Part shown: piece by piece, positions 39,969 through 49,720 of the stretch | Position numbering within the stretch: position 1 is the first letter of the stretch | Layout: the number at the start of each line of letters is the position of its first letter | Position numbers and translations under genes: made by a program | Notes under the pieces: generated by a model | Told to the model about the DNA's origin: nothing | Seen by the model: only the letters and a program-made list of their open reading frames with translations | The model's database searches: none | NCBI GenBank assembly: GCA_015059045.1 | Contig: SVBD01000004.1 | Coordinates: forward strand, 22,773 to 86,772 | DNA from: Erysipelotrichaceae bacterium | GTDB lineage: Bacteria > Bacillota_I > Bacilli_A > RFN20 > CAG-449 | Direction: 5' to 3' | Length of the DNA: 64,000 bases

Positions 39969-42900
39969 TTAGTCTTCATAATTTTCGTTTAAATCAATTT
40001 GAGTACGAGTTGTGATATCTCTTACTTCATTTGAAATTTTACGAGTTTCTTTTTCATTATCTTTTGCAATATTTGAACTATCTAATTCGTTCATATTTTC
40101 GTCTAATAATTTGACGTCAATTGCAAGAGCTTGTAATTCTTTTTGTAATACTCTGAATGCTTCTGGCATACCAGATTTTGGAATTGGTTGTTGTTTAATA
40201 ATTGCTTCATATGTCTTAGCTCTACCAACCATATCATCTGATTTAATTGTGATGATTTCTTGTAAGATGTGAGCAGCACCATATGCTTCAAGAGCCCAAA
40301 CTTCCATTTCACCAAATCTTTGACCACCGTTTTGTGCTTTACCACCAAGAGGTTGTTGTGTAACAAGAGAGTATGGTCCTGTTGAACGAGCGTGTAATTT
40401 ATCATCAACCATGTGGACTAATTTAATCATGTACATGACACCAACAGAGATTCTTTCATCGAATCTTTCACCTGTTCTACCATCAAATAAAACAGTTTTT
40501 CCATCTTTTGCCATTCCAGCTTTGTCCATTAATGCGAAGATTTCTTCATTACTAATTCCATCAAATACGCTTGAAGCAATTTTTAATCCGCCTAATTTTT
40601 TACAAGCCATACCTAAGTGTAATTCTAAGATTTGACCGATGTTCATACGAGAAGGAACACCTAATGGGTTTAACATGATGTCAACTGGTGTACCATCTGG
40701 TAAGTAAGGCATATCTTCTTCTGGAAGAATTCTTGAGATAACACCTTTGTTACCATGTCTACCTGACATCTTATCACCTTCAGAGATTTTTCTCTTTTGA
40801 GCGATAAATACTTTAATAACTTCGTTAACGCCTGCTGAAAGTTCTGCACCATCTTCACGTTTAAATCTCTTAACGTCAAGAACGATACCAGCACCACCGT
40901 GAGGAACACGAAGTGATGTATCTTTACCATCTTTTGTTTTATCAGCAAAGATAGCCATTAATAATTTTTCTTCAGGTGTAGGTTCTGTTAATCCTTTTGG
41001 AGTAATTTTACCAACTAAGATATCATCTTCTTTAACTTCAGCACCTGGAGTGATAATTCCATCATCATCTAAGTAAGCTTTAGCGCTGTCAGAAACGTTT
41101 GGAATATCACGAGTGATTTCTTCATCACCTAATTTTGTTGTACGACATTCAATTGAATATTCTTCAATGTGAATAGAAGTATATACGTCATCTTTGACTA
41201 ATCTTTCAGACATGATGACAGCATCTTCGTAGTTGTAACCTTCCCATGTCATGAATGCAATAGTGACGTTTTGACCTAATGCTAAGTCACCATTATCCAT
41301 AGCTGGACCATCTGCTAAGATTTGTCCTTCTTCAACTACATCACCAATTTTAACGATTGGTACTTGGTTGATACATGTTCCTGCGTTAGAACGAACGAAT
41401 TTTTGTAAGAAGTAATTTCTTTCTTCTTTTGTTTCGCTTTCTTCAACTACGATATGTTTTGAATCGACATATTTAACAATACCTTTTGCTCTATTAACAA
41501 CTGCTGAACCTGAGTCCTTAGCGATGTTATGTTCAAGACCTGTTCCAACAAATGGTGAATGAGGTTTTAATAAAGGTAATGCTTGACGTTGCATGTTAGC
41601 ACCCATCAACGCACGGTGAGTGTCGTCGTTTTCTAAGAATGGAATACAAGCTGAAGCAATTGAAACGATTTGTTTTGGAGAAACATCAACGTAATCAATT
41701 TCTTCTTTTGGTGCTAAGATGTTTTCGCCATTATGACGAGAAATAACGTGAGAATCTAAGATTTCACCATTTTCTCCTACACGTAAATCACTTGAAGCGA
41801 TGTAGTGGTTAATTTCTCCATCAGCTGATAAGTATTCTGTTTCTTCAGTAACAAATGGAACAACCTTTCCATCGATTACTTTTCTTTCAACTTTACGATA
41901 AGGAGTTTCAATAAATCCGTATTGGTTTACTTTAGCGTAGCTTGCTAAGTTGTTAATTAAACCAATGTTTTGTCCTTCAGGAGTTTCAATTGGACAGATT
42001 CTACCATAGTGAGAGTGGTGAACGTCACGAACATCGAAAGATGCTCTATCACGTGTTAAACCACCTGGACCTAAAGCGGATAATCTTCTCTTATTTGCTA
42101 ATTCTGCTAATGGGTTAGTTTGATCCATGAATTGTGATAATTGGCTGGATGCAAAGAACTCTTTAATAGCAGCAACTAAAGGACGGATGTTTGTTAAGTT
42201 TTGAGGTGTAACAACACCTTCTGTTGCTAAAGACATTTTTTCTTTAACAGTTCTTTCCATACGTGATAAACCAATTCTGAATTGATTTTGAATTAATTCA
42301 CCAACGCATCTAATACGACGATTACCTAAGTGGTCGATATCATCTGTATTTCCAATACCTTCAATGATATTCATGAAGTATGAGAAGCAAGCGATCATAT
42401 CAGCAATTGTTACATAAGGAACTGTAATATTTAAATCAGTACCAATAATGTTTGTAACTCTATCCATTTTATCGTCGACGTAAACTTTAACAATATTTAC
42501 AACATCATGACTATCTAATGCTTCGTTGATTGGTAAGTGAATTACGTGTGCGCCATTTTCAAAGAAGTTGATTGATTGTAAATGTTCAATCTTTTCTTTT
42601 GTCATTTGTTCGCCTTCGTTATAAATAACTTCTCCATCGCATGAAATTAATGGTTCAGCTAAGAAGCAGTTTAATAAACGATTGTAAACACCTAATTTTT
42701 TACCATATTTGAAACGACCAGCACGACCTAAGTCATAGTGTTTGTGATCAAAGAATTTTGAGCGGAAGAAACTTGTTGCACTGTCATTTGGTGCAGGTTC
42801 TCCTGGTCTTAATTTTGCATAAATTTCAAGTAAAGCATTTGATGTTGATAATAAGTCATTATCTGATTTGCCTTCTCTTTCTTTTGCAATTGTATTTACA

Positions 42901-43556
42901 AATTGAGGAGCATCACCAAATAATTCAACCATTGTATCGTAATTTAATAGACCTAATGCTCTTAATAAAATAGTAACTGGCATTTTTCTGTTACGATCAA
43001 TTCTTACTGAAATAACATCTTTTGCATCTGATTCAAATTGTAACCATGTTCCTCTTGATGGAATTAAGTCACCACCATAAATATAACGGCCTGTTTTGTC
43101 CATTGTTTTAGACATATATGCTCCAGGTGAACGAACAAGTTGTGAAACGATTGCTCTTTCAGCACCATTGATAATAAATGTTCCTGAATCAGTCATTAAT
43201 GGGAAGTCACCCATAAAGACTTCGCTTTCCTTGATTTCTCCAGTGCCTTTATTGATTAATCGAAGTGTAACTCTTAAAGGTGCACTATAAGTTAAATCTC
43301 TAGTTTTACATTCAAGGTAATTGTATTTTGGTTTGTCTAAACGACAGCTTACATATTCAATAATTAATTTGTCGTTACGATCAGCAATTGGATAGACATC
43401 TTTAAATACTTCATCGATTCCTTCATCTAAAAGCCATTGGAAAGATTTTGTTTGAATTTCTACTAAGTATGGTAATGGTAATGTACCACTGATCTTAGAG
43501 AAATCAATTCGTCCATTGTGAAGGTACTTATAATTTTGTTCTAAATTTTTGCTCAT
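39969..43556 (-). CDS. rpoB: RNA polymerase beta subunit
   Basis: [45 protein letters not shown]; ATG 43556 follows RBS GGGAG. Confidence 0.99.
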   Translation of the reverse strand: MSKNLEQNYKYLHNGRIDFSKISGTLPLPYLVEIQTKSFQWLLDEGIDEVFKDVYPIADRNDKLIIEYVSCRLDKPKYNYLECKTRDLTYSAPLRVTLRLINKGTGEIKESEVFMGDFPLMTDSGTFIINGAERAIVSQLVRSPGAYMSKTMDKTGRYIYGGDLIPSRGTWLQFESDAKDVISVRIDRNRKMPVTILLRALGLLNYDTMVELFGDAPQFVNTIAKEREGKSDNDLLSTSNALLEIYAKLRPGEPAPNDSATSFFRSKFFDHKHYDLGRAGRFKYGKKLGVYNRLLNCFLAEPLISCDGEVIYNEGEQMTKEKIEHLQSINFFENGAHVIHLPINEALDSHDVVNIVKVYVDDKMDRVTNIIGTDLNITVPYVTIADMIACFSYFMNIIEGIGNTDDIDHLGNRRIRCVGELIQNQFRIGLSRMERTVKEKMSLATEGVVTPQNLTNIRPLVAAIKEFFASSQLSQFMDQTNPLAELANKRRLSALGPGGLTRDRASFDVRDVHHSHYGRICPIETPEGQNIGLINNLASYAKVNQYGFIETPYRKVERKVIDGKVVPFVTEETEYLSADGEINHYIASSDLRVGENGEILDSHVISRHNGENILAPKEEIDYVDVSPKQIVSIASACIPFLENDDTHRALMGANMQRQALPLLKPHSPFVGTGLEHNIAKDSGSAVVNRAKGIVKYVDSKHIVVEESETKEERNYFLQKFVRSNAGTCINQVPIVKIGDVVEEGQILADGPAMDNGDLALGQNVTIAFMTWEGYNYEDAVIMSERLVKDDVYTSIHIEEYSIECRTTKLGDEEITRDIPNVSDSAKAYLDDDGIITPGAEVKEDDILVGKITPKGLTEPTPEEKLLMAIFADKTKDGKDTSLRVPHGGAGIVLDVKRFKREDGAELSAGVNEVIKVFIAQKRKISEGDKMSGRHGNKGVISRILPEEDMPYLPDGTPVDIMLNPLGVPSRMNIGQILELHLGMACKKLGGLKIASSVFDGISNEEIFALMDKAGMAKDGKTVLFDGRTGERFDERISVGVMYMIKLVHMVDDKLHARSTGPYSLVTQQPLGGKAQNGGQRFGEMEVWALEAYGAAHILQEIITIKSDDMVGRAKTYEAIIKQQPIPKSGMPEAFRVLQKELQALAIDVKLLDENMNELDSSNIAKDNEKETRKISNEVRDITTRTQIDLNENYED

Positions 43557-43589
43557 GCAAATTCTCCCTTCTTGCATTTTTTATCTAAT

Positions 43590-43870
43590 AATCAAATCGG
43601 TTAAATTTTAATCATTCTTCATAAGGTGGACACACCTAGCTTAACGTTTTTTTATTAGATAAATATTAATATCTCTTATCTATTAACTCTTATAGATTAC
43701 CTAGCGTATGCGAGCGCGCACGCGGATATTGTAGGTAGATTTTTCGCGATAATCCCCCTATAGGAGATTCTTATATTAATTACTTTTAAGTAATTCGCCC
43801 TGAGTTTTAAGGCGAAAATTCCCCTTAAAAGTCGATAATAATCAATTTTTGTAAAGTGTCCTAAATGGAC
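43590..43870 (-). ncRNA. Candidate structured RNA / rpoB leader
   Basis: At least six adjacent hairpins including a GC-rich GCGTGCG-CGCT-CGCATACGC core (see findings). Confidence 0.4.
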
Positions 43871-43899
43871 AAAAACCCACCCCAAAAAGGGGCAGGTTT
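43871..43899 (-). terminator. rplJL terminator/attenuator
   Basis: AAACCTGCCCC-TTTTT-GGGGTGGGTTTTT. Confidence 0.8.
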
Positions 43900-43927
43900 A
43901 AAGTATTTTTTTGAAGTAAAACTAAAC

Positions 43928-44299
43928 TTATTTAATTTCAACTTCTGCACCAGCAGCAACAAGAGCTTTCTTGTGTTCTTCAGCTTCAACTGGTGTGATG
44001 TTTTCTTTAATTTTTGATGGGCAAGCATCTACTAATTTTTTAGCATCGATTAAGCCTAAGCCTGTGATAGCTTGAACTGCTTTGATTACTGGAACTTTTG
44101 AAGCACCAAATGATGTTAAGATTAAGCTAACTTCTGTTGGTCCTTTAGCTTCTTCTTCAACTGGTGCTGCTGCAACTGCTACTGGAGCTGCTGCTGTTAC
44201 ACCGAATTCGTTTTCGATTGCTTTTACTAAGTCATTTAATTCGATGATTGTCATTTCTTTTAAAGAAGCGATGATTTCTTCGTTTGTTAATTTTGCCAT
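43928..44299 (-). CDS. rplL: 50S ribosomal protein L7/L12
   Basis: [40 protein letters not shown]. Confidence 0.98.
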   Translation of the reverse strand: MAKLTNEEIIASLKEMTIIELNDLVKAIENEFGVTAAAPVAVAAAPVEEEAKGPTEVSLILTSFGASKVPVIKAVQAITGLGLIDAKKLVDACPSKIKENITPVEAEEHKKALVAAGAEVEIK

Positions 44300-44328
44300 T
44301 TTAAATTTCCTCCTTAAAGATTAATGGT

Positions 44329-44817
44329 TTATTGATTTTTGTCAGCAACAGCTTTGACTGCACATGCAAATCCTCTGACTGGTGCTTGTAATACAGATAA
44401 TAACATTGAGTACATGCCTTCTCTGTTTGGGAGTTTAGATAAAGTAATTACTTCATCCTTACTAATAACTTTGCCTTCAACTAAAGCACCTTTGATTTTG
44501 AAACAATCGTGCTTTTTAGCGAATTTAGCGGATACCTTTGCTGCATTAATTGCATCTTCACAAGTGATAATTGCGTTAGGACCTGTTAAATATTGAGCTA
44601 ATTCGTTGTGTCCTAATTTTTCAGCTGCTCTTTCAACTAATGAGTTTTTGTAAACGCTCATCTTAGCATTTGATTTTAAAAGCTCTCTTTTGAATGATGC
44701 GATTTCTGCAACAGTTAATCCACGGTATTCTGCAATAACTACAGAAGCAGATTTTTCAACTAATTCAGCAATCTCATTAACGATGGCTTTTTTATTTTCT
44801 AAAACGCTTTGATTCAT
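44329..44817 (-). CDS. rplJ: 50S ribosomal protein L10
   Basis: AEYRGLTV, VYKNSL, LTGPNA, LSKLPNRE. Confidence 0.98.
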   Translation of the reverse strand: MNQSVLENKKAIVNEIAELVEKSASVVIAEYRGLTVAEIASFKRELLKSNAKMSVYKNSLVERAAEKLGHNELAQYLTGPNAIITCEDAINAAKVSAKFAKKHDCFKIKGALVEGKVISKDEVITLSKLPNREGMYSMLLSVLQAPVRGFACAVKAVADKNQ

Positions 44818-44970
44818 TGTGGCACCTCCTTCTTTCTTAAATTGAAATAATGTATAGGCAACAATATACAGAGTTATTCTATCATTAATCTGAATTGTGT
44901 AATTCGTTTATGAATAGTTACCTCGGCAACATGATTAAGCCCCTTGGCCGTTGCTGTCTATGGTATATTG
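44818..44970 (-). ncRNA. L10 leader (rplJ autoregulatory RNA)
   Basis: Minus strand CCATAGACAGCAAC...CTTAAT..GTTGCCGAGG matches the L10-leader kink-turn consensus (agacagcag...ttaa...ctgccgagg). Confidence 0.85.
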
Positions 44971-44988
44971 GAGCTTTCTTAATTTGAA

Positions 44989-45672
44989 CTAGCGACCGTT
45001 AAATGTAAATTTAACTGATGGTCCCATAGTTGTTGTGACAACACAGTTTTTAACGTATTGTCCTTTTACTGATGCTGGACGTACTTTTAATAAAGTTTCA
45101 ACAACAACATTTAAGTTGTCTACTAATTTAGCTGTATCAAATGATACTCTACCAATTGATAAATGGATGTTACCTTGTTTGTCAACACGGTATTCAATTT
45201 TACCAGCTTTAATTTCAGTAATTGCTTTTGCGATATCCATTGAAACTGTACCAGTTTTTGGGTTTGGCATTAAACCTTTAGGTCCTAATAAACGACCCAT
45301 TTTACCTAATTCGCCCATCATGTCTGGAGTAGCGACGATGATATCGAAATCAAACCAGTTTTCCTTTTGGATTTTTTCTAACATGTCTTTGTCACCAACG
45401 TAGTCTGCGCCAGCAGCTTTTGCTTCTTCATGTTTACGTGTGATTGCTAAGACTTTCTTTGTTTTTCCATTTCCGTGAGGAAGGATAATTGTTCCTCTTA
45501 GTTGTTGATCAGCATATTTTGGATCAACATTTAAACGGAATGAAACGTCGATTGTAGCATCAAACTTTACAGTTGATGTTTCTTTGACTAATGCACAAGC
45601 TTCTTCGATTGAATATACTTTTGTTGAATCAATCTTTTCAGCAACTTGTAAATATTTCTTACCTTTCTTCAT
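44989..45672 (-). CDS. rplA: 50S ribosomal protein L1
   Basis: [39 protein letters not shown]. Confidence 0.99.
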   Translation of the reverse strand: MKKGKKYLQVAEKIDSTKVYSIEEACALVKETSTVKFDATIDVSFRLNVDPKYADQQLRGTIILPHGNGKTKKVLAITRKHEEAKAAGADYVGDKDMLEKIQKENWFDFDIIVATPDMMGELGKMGRLLGPKGLMPNPKTGTVSMDIAKAITEIKAGKIEYRVDKQGNIHLSIGRVSFDTAKLVDNLNVVVETLLKVRPASVKGQYVKNCVVTTTMGPSVKFTFNGR

Positions 45673-45684
45673 TTTTTCCTCCTT

Positions 45685-45712
45685 GTGGTTCTAACGGTAT
45701 AAACCTTCCACC
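45685..45712 (-). promoter_or_regulatory. L1-binding site upstream of rplA
   Basis: GTGGAAGG...CC-GTTAGA-ACCAC immediately 5' of the RBS. Confidence 0.7.
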
Positions 45713-45717
45713 TAATA

Positions 45718-46131
45718 TTAGTCTTTAATTGCGATGCCCATATTACGAGCTGTACCAGCAACGATTTTCATTGCTGCTTCTACATCATAGCAGTTTAAGT
45801 CTGGAAGTTTGTATTCAGCAATTTTTCTTAATTGTTCTTGGCTGATACTACCAACTTTTGTAGCTTTAGGACTGCTTGATCCTTTTTTAACACCAGCTTC
45901 TTTTAATAATAATTCAGCTACTGGTGAAGTTTTGATGACGAAATCAAATGATTTGTCTTCATAAGCTGTAATAATTACAGGAACTGTTTCTCCTTGTCTG
46001 TCAGCTGTTTTAGCGTTGAAGTCTGTACAGAACTTAGGCATCATAATACCAGCAGATGCTAGTTTAGGTCCTGGTTTTGCTTGTCCACCTGGGATTTCAA
46101 GTTTTACAACTTTTGCGATTTTCTTACTCAC
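45718..46131 (-). CDS. rplK: 50S ribosomal protein L11
   Basis: GTG start after AGGAGG; KLEIPGG, KSFDFVIKTSP, KLPDLN, GTARNMG. Confidence 0.98.
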   Translation of the reverse strand: MSKKIAKVVKLEIPGGQAKPGPKLASAGIMMPKFCTDFNAKTADRQGETVPVIITAYEDKSFDFVIKTSPVAELLLKEAGVKKGSSSPKATKVGSISQEQLRKIAEYKLPDLNCYDVEAAMKIVAGTARNMGIAIKD

Positions 46132-46159
46132 GTGACACACCTCCTATTGTTTTTGTCCG

Positions 46160-46213
46160 TGCTGTGGTTGTAATGGATTTTTACTTACAAAGTAACATTT
46201 CCTTCCACTGCGC
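46160..46213 (-). promoter_or_regulatory. L1-binding site upstream of rplK
   Basis: GTGGAAGGA...TCC-ATTACA-ACCAC. Confidence 0.7.
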
Positions 46214-46259
46214 AATTCATGAAGCTATTTTTTACTCCTAAAAATAACCATGCTCGAAT

Positions 46260-46288
46260 AGTATACACTATAAAGTGTAGGTAATCAA
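46260..46288 (-). promoter_or_regulatory. rplK sigma-A promoter
   Basis: TTGATT-17 nt-TATACT with extended TG. Confidence 0.65.
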
Positions 46289-46353
46289 CAAAAATTTTCA
46301 AAAAAATTTATATTTAGATTATATCTAATACATTTTGGGCAAAATAACTCTCG

Positions 46354-47193
46354 ATGATGACTAAAATTAAGGCGCTTTACCACAGAATATCAAACTACTT
46401 TGAAAATCAAAGATTTTTCAAAATAATAAAAAGAATTCTCACTTTGCGCGGGGGAAATATGTATGCTCCCGCAGCGCTTTCTTTTTATTTGGTTCTATCA
46501 TTTATTCCGTGTTTACTGCTAGTCGAAATAATTTTATCGCTAATTAACATATTTTTCGATAAGAGTTTAAGCTTTATTTCTTTCATATTCGGATTAAATG
46601 CCATTTCTATATCGATTAAAGAAATAATTTCGTCATTAAACGCATTGGACTACCTATCTCTAGGTATCAGTTTTAGCGTCATTCTTTACCTTGCTTCAAA
46701 AGGTTTGACTTTTTTTGCATATCAAGTAAAAATTATGCATGGAATATCATACGAAGAACAGTCTTATTTCAAAAGGAGAATCATACCGTTAGGACTAACG
46801 ATTATTTCTTTATTAATATTATCATTTTTGGTCATTTTTTTAATAATTTTTGATAGTTTTATAAATAAGAATAATTTAAAATTTTATTCGTTTTTTGAAT
46901 ATATTTTCGTATTGTTTACTTTGTTTATTTTTATTGTTTTTTTGTATAAATTAACCACTCCAAAAAAGATAAAAATTACCAAATTTATACTTGGATCTTT
47001 ATTCTCAACAATTGGTATCGGTGGAGGTATTTTTATCTATTCTTATTATCTAAAAAACATCTCTTCGACCCTATCATATTTTGGTCCATTAAGTTCTGTT
47101 GCGCTTTTATTTTTAATTTTATTTTTCTCTTCTTATATCTTATTTTTTGGTGTGGAAATTAACATCTTAATATATGAAAAAAATAAATTATAG
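46354..47193 (+). CDS. YihY/BrkB family membrane protein
   Basis: AALSFYLVLSFIP, LASKG..F, FIVFLYK, ILGSLFST, YFGPLSSVALLFL. Confidence 0.85.
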   Translation: MMTKIKALYHRISNYFENQRFFKIIKRILTLRGGNMYAPAALSFYLVLSFIPCLLLVEIILSLINIFFDKSLSFISFIFGLNAISISIKEIISSLNALDYLSLGISFSVILYLASKGLTFFAYQVKIMHGISYEEQSYFKRRIIPLGLTIISLLILSFLVIFLIIFDSFINKNNLKFYSFFEYIFVLFTLFIFIVFLYKLTTPKKIKITKFILGSLFSTIGIGGGIFIYSYYLKNISSTLSYFGPLSSVALLFLILFFSSYILFFGVEINILIYEKNKL

Positions 47194-47197
47194 CATT

Positions 47198-47228
47198 AAA
47201 AAACCATCACTTTTTGTGATGGTATTTT
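47198..47228. terminator. Bidirectional terminator (nusG / yihY)
   Basis: ACCATCAC-TTTTT-GTGATGGT. Confidence 0.8.
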
Positions 47229-47233
47229 ATAAA

Positions 47234-47785
47234 CTATACTTTTTCTACTTCAGAGAATTTAACAGTAATTGGTGTTAATCTTCCGAAGAAAATTGTATTA
47301 AGTGAAACTTCACCAGCTTCTTGATTAATTTCTTCAATGTTACCTTCAACACCTTCAAATGGTCCAGTTAATACTCTTACTAAATCGCCAACTTGGTAAT
47401 TAGAATACATTTCTTGATCAACCATACCCATTCTCTTTAATACTGGTTCAATTTGTTCTCTTGTTACTGGGAAAGGTTTTGCCCCACCACCTGAAGAACC
47501 AACGAAACCTGTAACACCTGGAGTGTTACGTACAACATACCAAGCTTCATCTGTCATGATCATTTCAATAAATACATAACCAGGGTAGATGTTCTTAGTT
47601 TTTGTTTTACCTGTAGGCTTTCCATCTTTCATTACTGGAACTTCTTGTTCTGCAACTAATACTCTGAAAATTACATCTTGTAAGTTTTGAGTTTCTACAC
47701 GTTTTTCTAGATTTTCTTTTACTTTATTTTCACGACTTGAATATGTATTAACTACATACCATTGTTTTTCAATTTGATAACTCAT
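47234..47785 (-). CDS. nusG: Transcription termination/antitermination factor NusG
   Basis: WYVVNTYS, YPGYVFIEM, VRNTPGVTGFVG, KOW motif GDLVRVLTGPF. Confidence 0.98.
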   Translation of the reverse strand: MSYQIEKQWYVVNTYSSRENKVKENLEKRVETQNLQDVIFRVLVAEQEVPVMKDGKPTGKTKTKNIYPGYVFIEMIMTDEAWYVVRNTPGVTGFVGSSGGGAKPFPVTREQIEPVLKRMGMVDQEMYSNYQVGDLVRVLTGPFEGVEGNIEEINQEAGEVSLNTIFFGRLTPITVKFSEVEKV

Positions 47786-47797
47786 TAATCTTACCCC

Positions 47798-48052
47798 CTA
47801 TAATCTAAAGAATGTACGTAAAGCAGTTAAAATAGCTACTGGTGTTTCTTCTGTAGTTCCTTGTGGGAATGCTTCGTCTAATGTTGTTAATAATTTAGAG
47901 ATAACTAAATCGCTAACAATCATACAAACTGCTGCAAAAGCAACAACACCTAAAACGATTAAAACATATTGTCCTAAATCTTTTTTAGATGGCCATCTAA
48001 CCATTTTCGCTTGTTTCCATACACCTTGGAAATATCTTTTAATTTTATACAT
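47798..48052 (-). CDS. secE: Preprotein translocase subunit SecE
   Basis: KMVRWPSKKD followed by a TM; between rpmG and nusG. Confidence 0.92.
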   Translation of the reverse strand: MYKIKRYFQGVWKQAKMVRWPSKKDLGQYVLIVLGVVAFAAVCMIVSDLVISKLLTTLDEAFPQGTTEETPVAILTALRTFFRL

Positions 48053-48063
48053 AATCTATCCTC

Positions 48064-48213
48064 CTATTTGGATTCTTTGTGAAGTGTGTGAGCATTACAT
48101 TTTGGACAGAACTTCATTAGCTCAATTCTTGCTGAAGCTTGTTCTTTTTTCTTAGTTGTGTTGTAGTTTCTAGATAGGCATTTTGTGCATATTAAAATAA
48201 CTTTTTCTCTCAT
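48064..48213 (-). CDS. rpmG: 50S ribosomal protein L33, Zn-binding (C+) form; not in ORF track
   Basis: [49 protein letters not shown] (49 aa). Confidence 0.97.
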   Translation of the reverse strand: MREKVILICTKCLSRNYNTTKKKEQASARIELMKFCPKCNAHTLHKESK

Positions 48214-48322
48214 CTATATATCATCCTTTTTAAATAATGCTGTATGCATAATATCATAGGAAAAAATTAATAGCAAGTTTTTTTATTTTACAAATGTAAA
48301 AAATGATTTTTCAAGAAAAGAA

Positions 48323-48991
48323 TTATAATTCTTCTTTTGACATATCTTTTCTACAAACCATGATTTCTAAGTTACCATTACGGCATCTTAATTCATCAAC
48401 TAAATCTTTTTCTTTATTTACATCTTTTAATGTAACTGCGTATGTTAAAGCAAACATACTACCCATGTTCTTTGATTTAACTTTTAATAGTTCTACTTTA
48501 GTTGTATATTTTTTGAAAATATCATCAAAAACAGTTGGATAATCTAAATCTTCAGGGATCATTACTCTAATGAATTTTTCATTTTCTTTAATGCTGAAAA
48601 TATTAATGAAGGATAATCCAAGTAACGCTAAAGAAGCAACAATAGCAAAGATTACCGCATATCCTACATAACCCATACCTAATGCTAAACCAATTGCCAT
48701 ATCTAAGAAGATAACACAAATTTCTTTAGCGGTTCCTGGAGTAGAACGGAAACGAATTAAGCTAAATGCACCAGCAACAGCAACACCAGCGCCAATGTTT
48801 CCATTGACTAACATAATTACCATTGATACAGCAAGTGGGATTAATGCTGTAGTGATTACAAAACTCTTTGATGAAGAAGTTTTAATTGAAGTGATTAAAC
48901 TAAATCCAATACCAATAAGTAAAGCCGCAGCCATAATGATAATGAATTCTTTTAATCCTACTATCCCGTTAACAAAAATTGAATCAAACAT
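48323..48991 (-). CDS. DUF4956 domain membrane protein
   Basis: SKSFVIT, VNGNIGAGVAVAGAFSLIRFRS, MAIGLALGMG; C-terminal soluble ACT-like domain; 8-nt overlap with the VTC gene stop. Confidence 0.88.
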   Translation of the reverse strand: MFDSIFVNGIVGLKEFIIIMAAALLIGIGFSLITSIKTSSSKSFVITTALIPLAVSMVIMLVNGNIGAGVAVAGAFSLIRFRSTPGTAKEICVIFLDMAIGLALGMGYVGYAVIFAIVASLALLGLSFINIFSIKENEKFIRVMIPEDLDYPTVFDDIFKKYTTKVELLKVKSKNMGSMFALTYAVTLKDVNKEKDLVDELRCRNGNLEIMVCRKDMSKEEL

Positions 48992-49688
48992 ATAACAAAT
49001 TCTCCTTTTCTTTTAATTCTTTTTTATAAGCCGTTCCATATTTAGAAAACGACGATTTATAAATTTTTTCTTGACTTAATTTTCTTACTAGCCACATTGG
49101 AAGAGCCATTGAAGATTTAACCTCCATAATGACAACGTCATCGTCTACCAATTTAGTTCCTTCCAAACTTGAGTTAAGACTTAAATCTTCGGTTCTATAT
49201 CTCGCATTTGTATCAAAAGTAATTCTTAAGTCACTATTTGGATCCACATAAGCATCTCGATCATAAATAATTAACATTTTTGGTTTTAAATCTCTATAGA
49301 AATCAATTAAATATGCAATTTCTCTACCGATTTGCGTATCATTTTCACTATGCTTTGTAGCAATCCATTTCTTACATTCTTCTTCTGTCAAAGAAATTCT
49401 TCTCTTATAGACTACGTGGTCCATTTTCTTTTTAATTTCTAAGAATCCGGTTTTACCTTCTTTTAACAAACCATAACTCCTTAGCCTTAATTTTTCTTTA
49501 TATTTTGGTTTTTCAATTGAACGACGGATTAATAAATATTTATCTGTATCAAAATACAAACTTTGAATAGTTACTTTACCGTGTTTATCTTCAACCATAT
49601 GGTCTTTTAAGAAATCAACGAGTAATTTATGTTGTTTACGATTAATTACATATTTAATTTCTGTTCTCATAAAAGTAAATATCGGCAT
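48984..49688 (-). CDS. VTC-domain polyphosphate polymerase (TTM/CYTH fold)
   Basis: RTEIKY (ExK), SLYFDT, KEKLRLRSY, FLEIKKK, YKRR, YDRDAY, LRITFD, MEVK, FSKY; RBS AAAGGAGG. Confidence 0.92.
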   Translation of the reverse strand: MPIFTFMRTEIKYVINRKQHKLLVDFLKDHMVEDKHGKVTIQSLYFDTDKYLLIRRSIEKPKYKEKLRLRSYGLLKEGKTGFLEIKKKMDHVVYKRRISLTEEECKKWIATKHSENDTQIGREIAYLIDFYRDLKPKMLIIYDRDAYVDPNSDLRITFDTNARYRTEDLSLNSSLEGTKLVDDDVVIMEVKSSMALPMWLVRKLSQEKIYKSSFSKYGTAYKKELKEKENLLYV

Positions 49689-49720
49689 ATTAATCCTCCT
49701 TTCTTTTAACAATTATTAAT

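Noticed and set aside
43697-43885. 62-aa ORF in the rplL-rpoB spacer
   Set aside because: Starts inside the terminator hairpin with no RBS; the region is better explained by RNA structure, though a leader peptide is not formally excluded.
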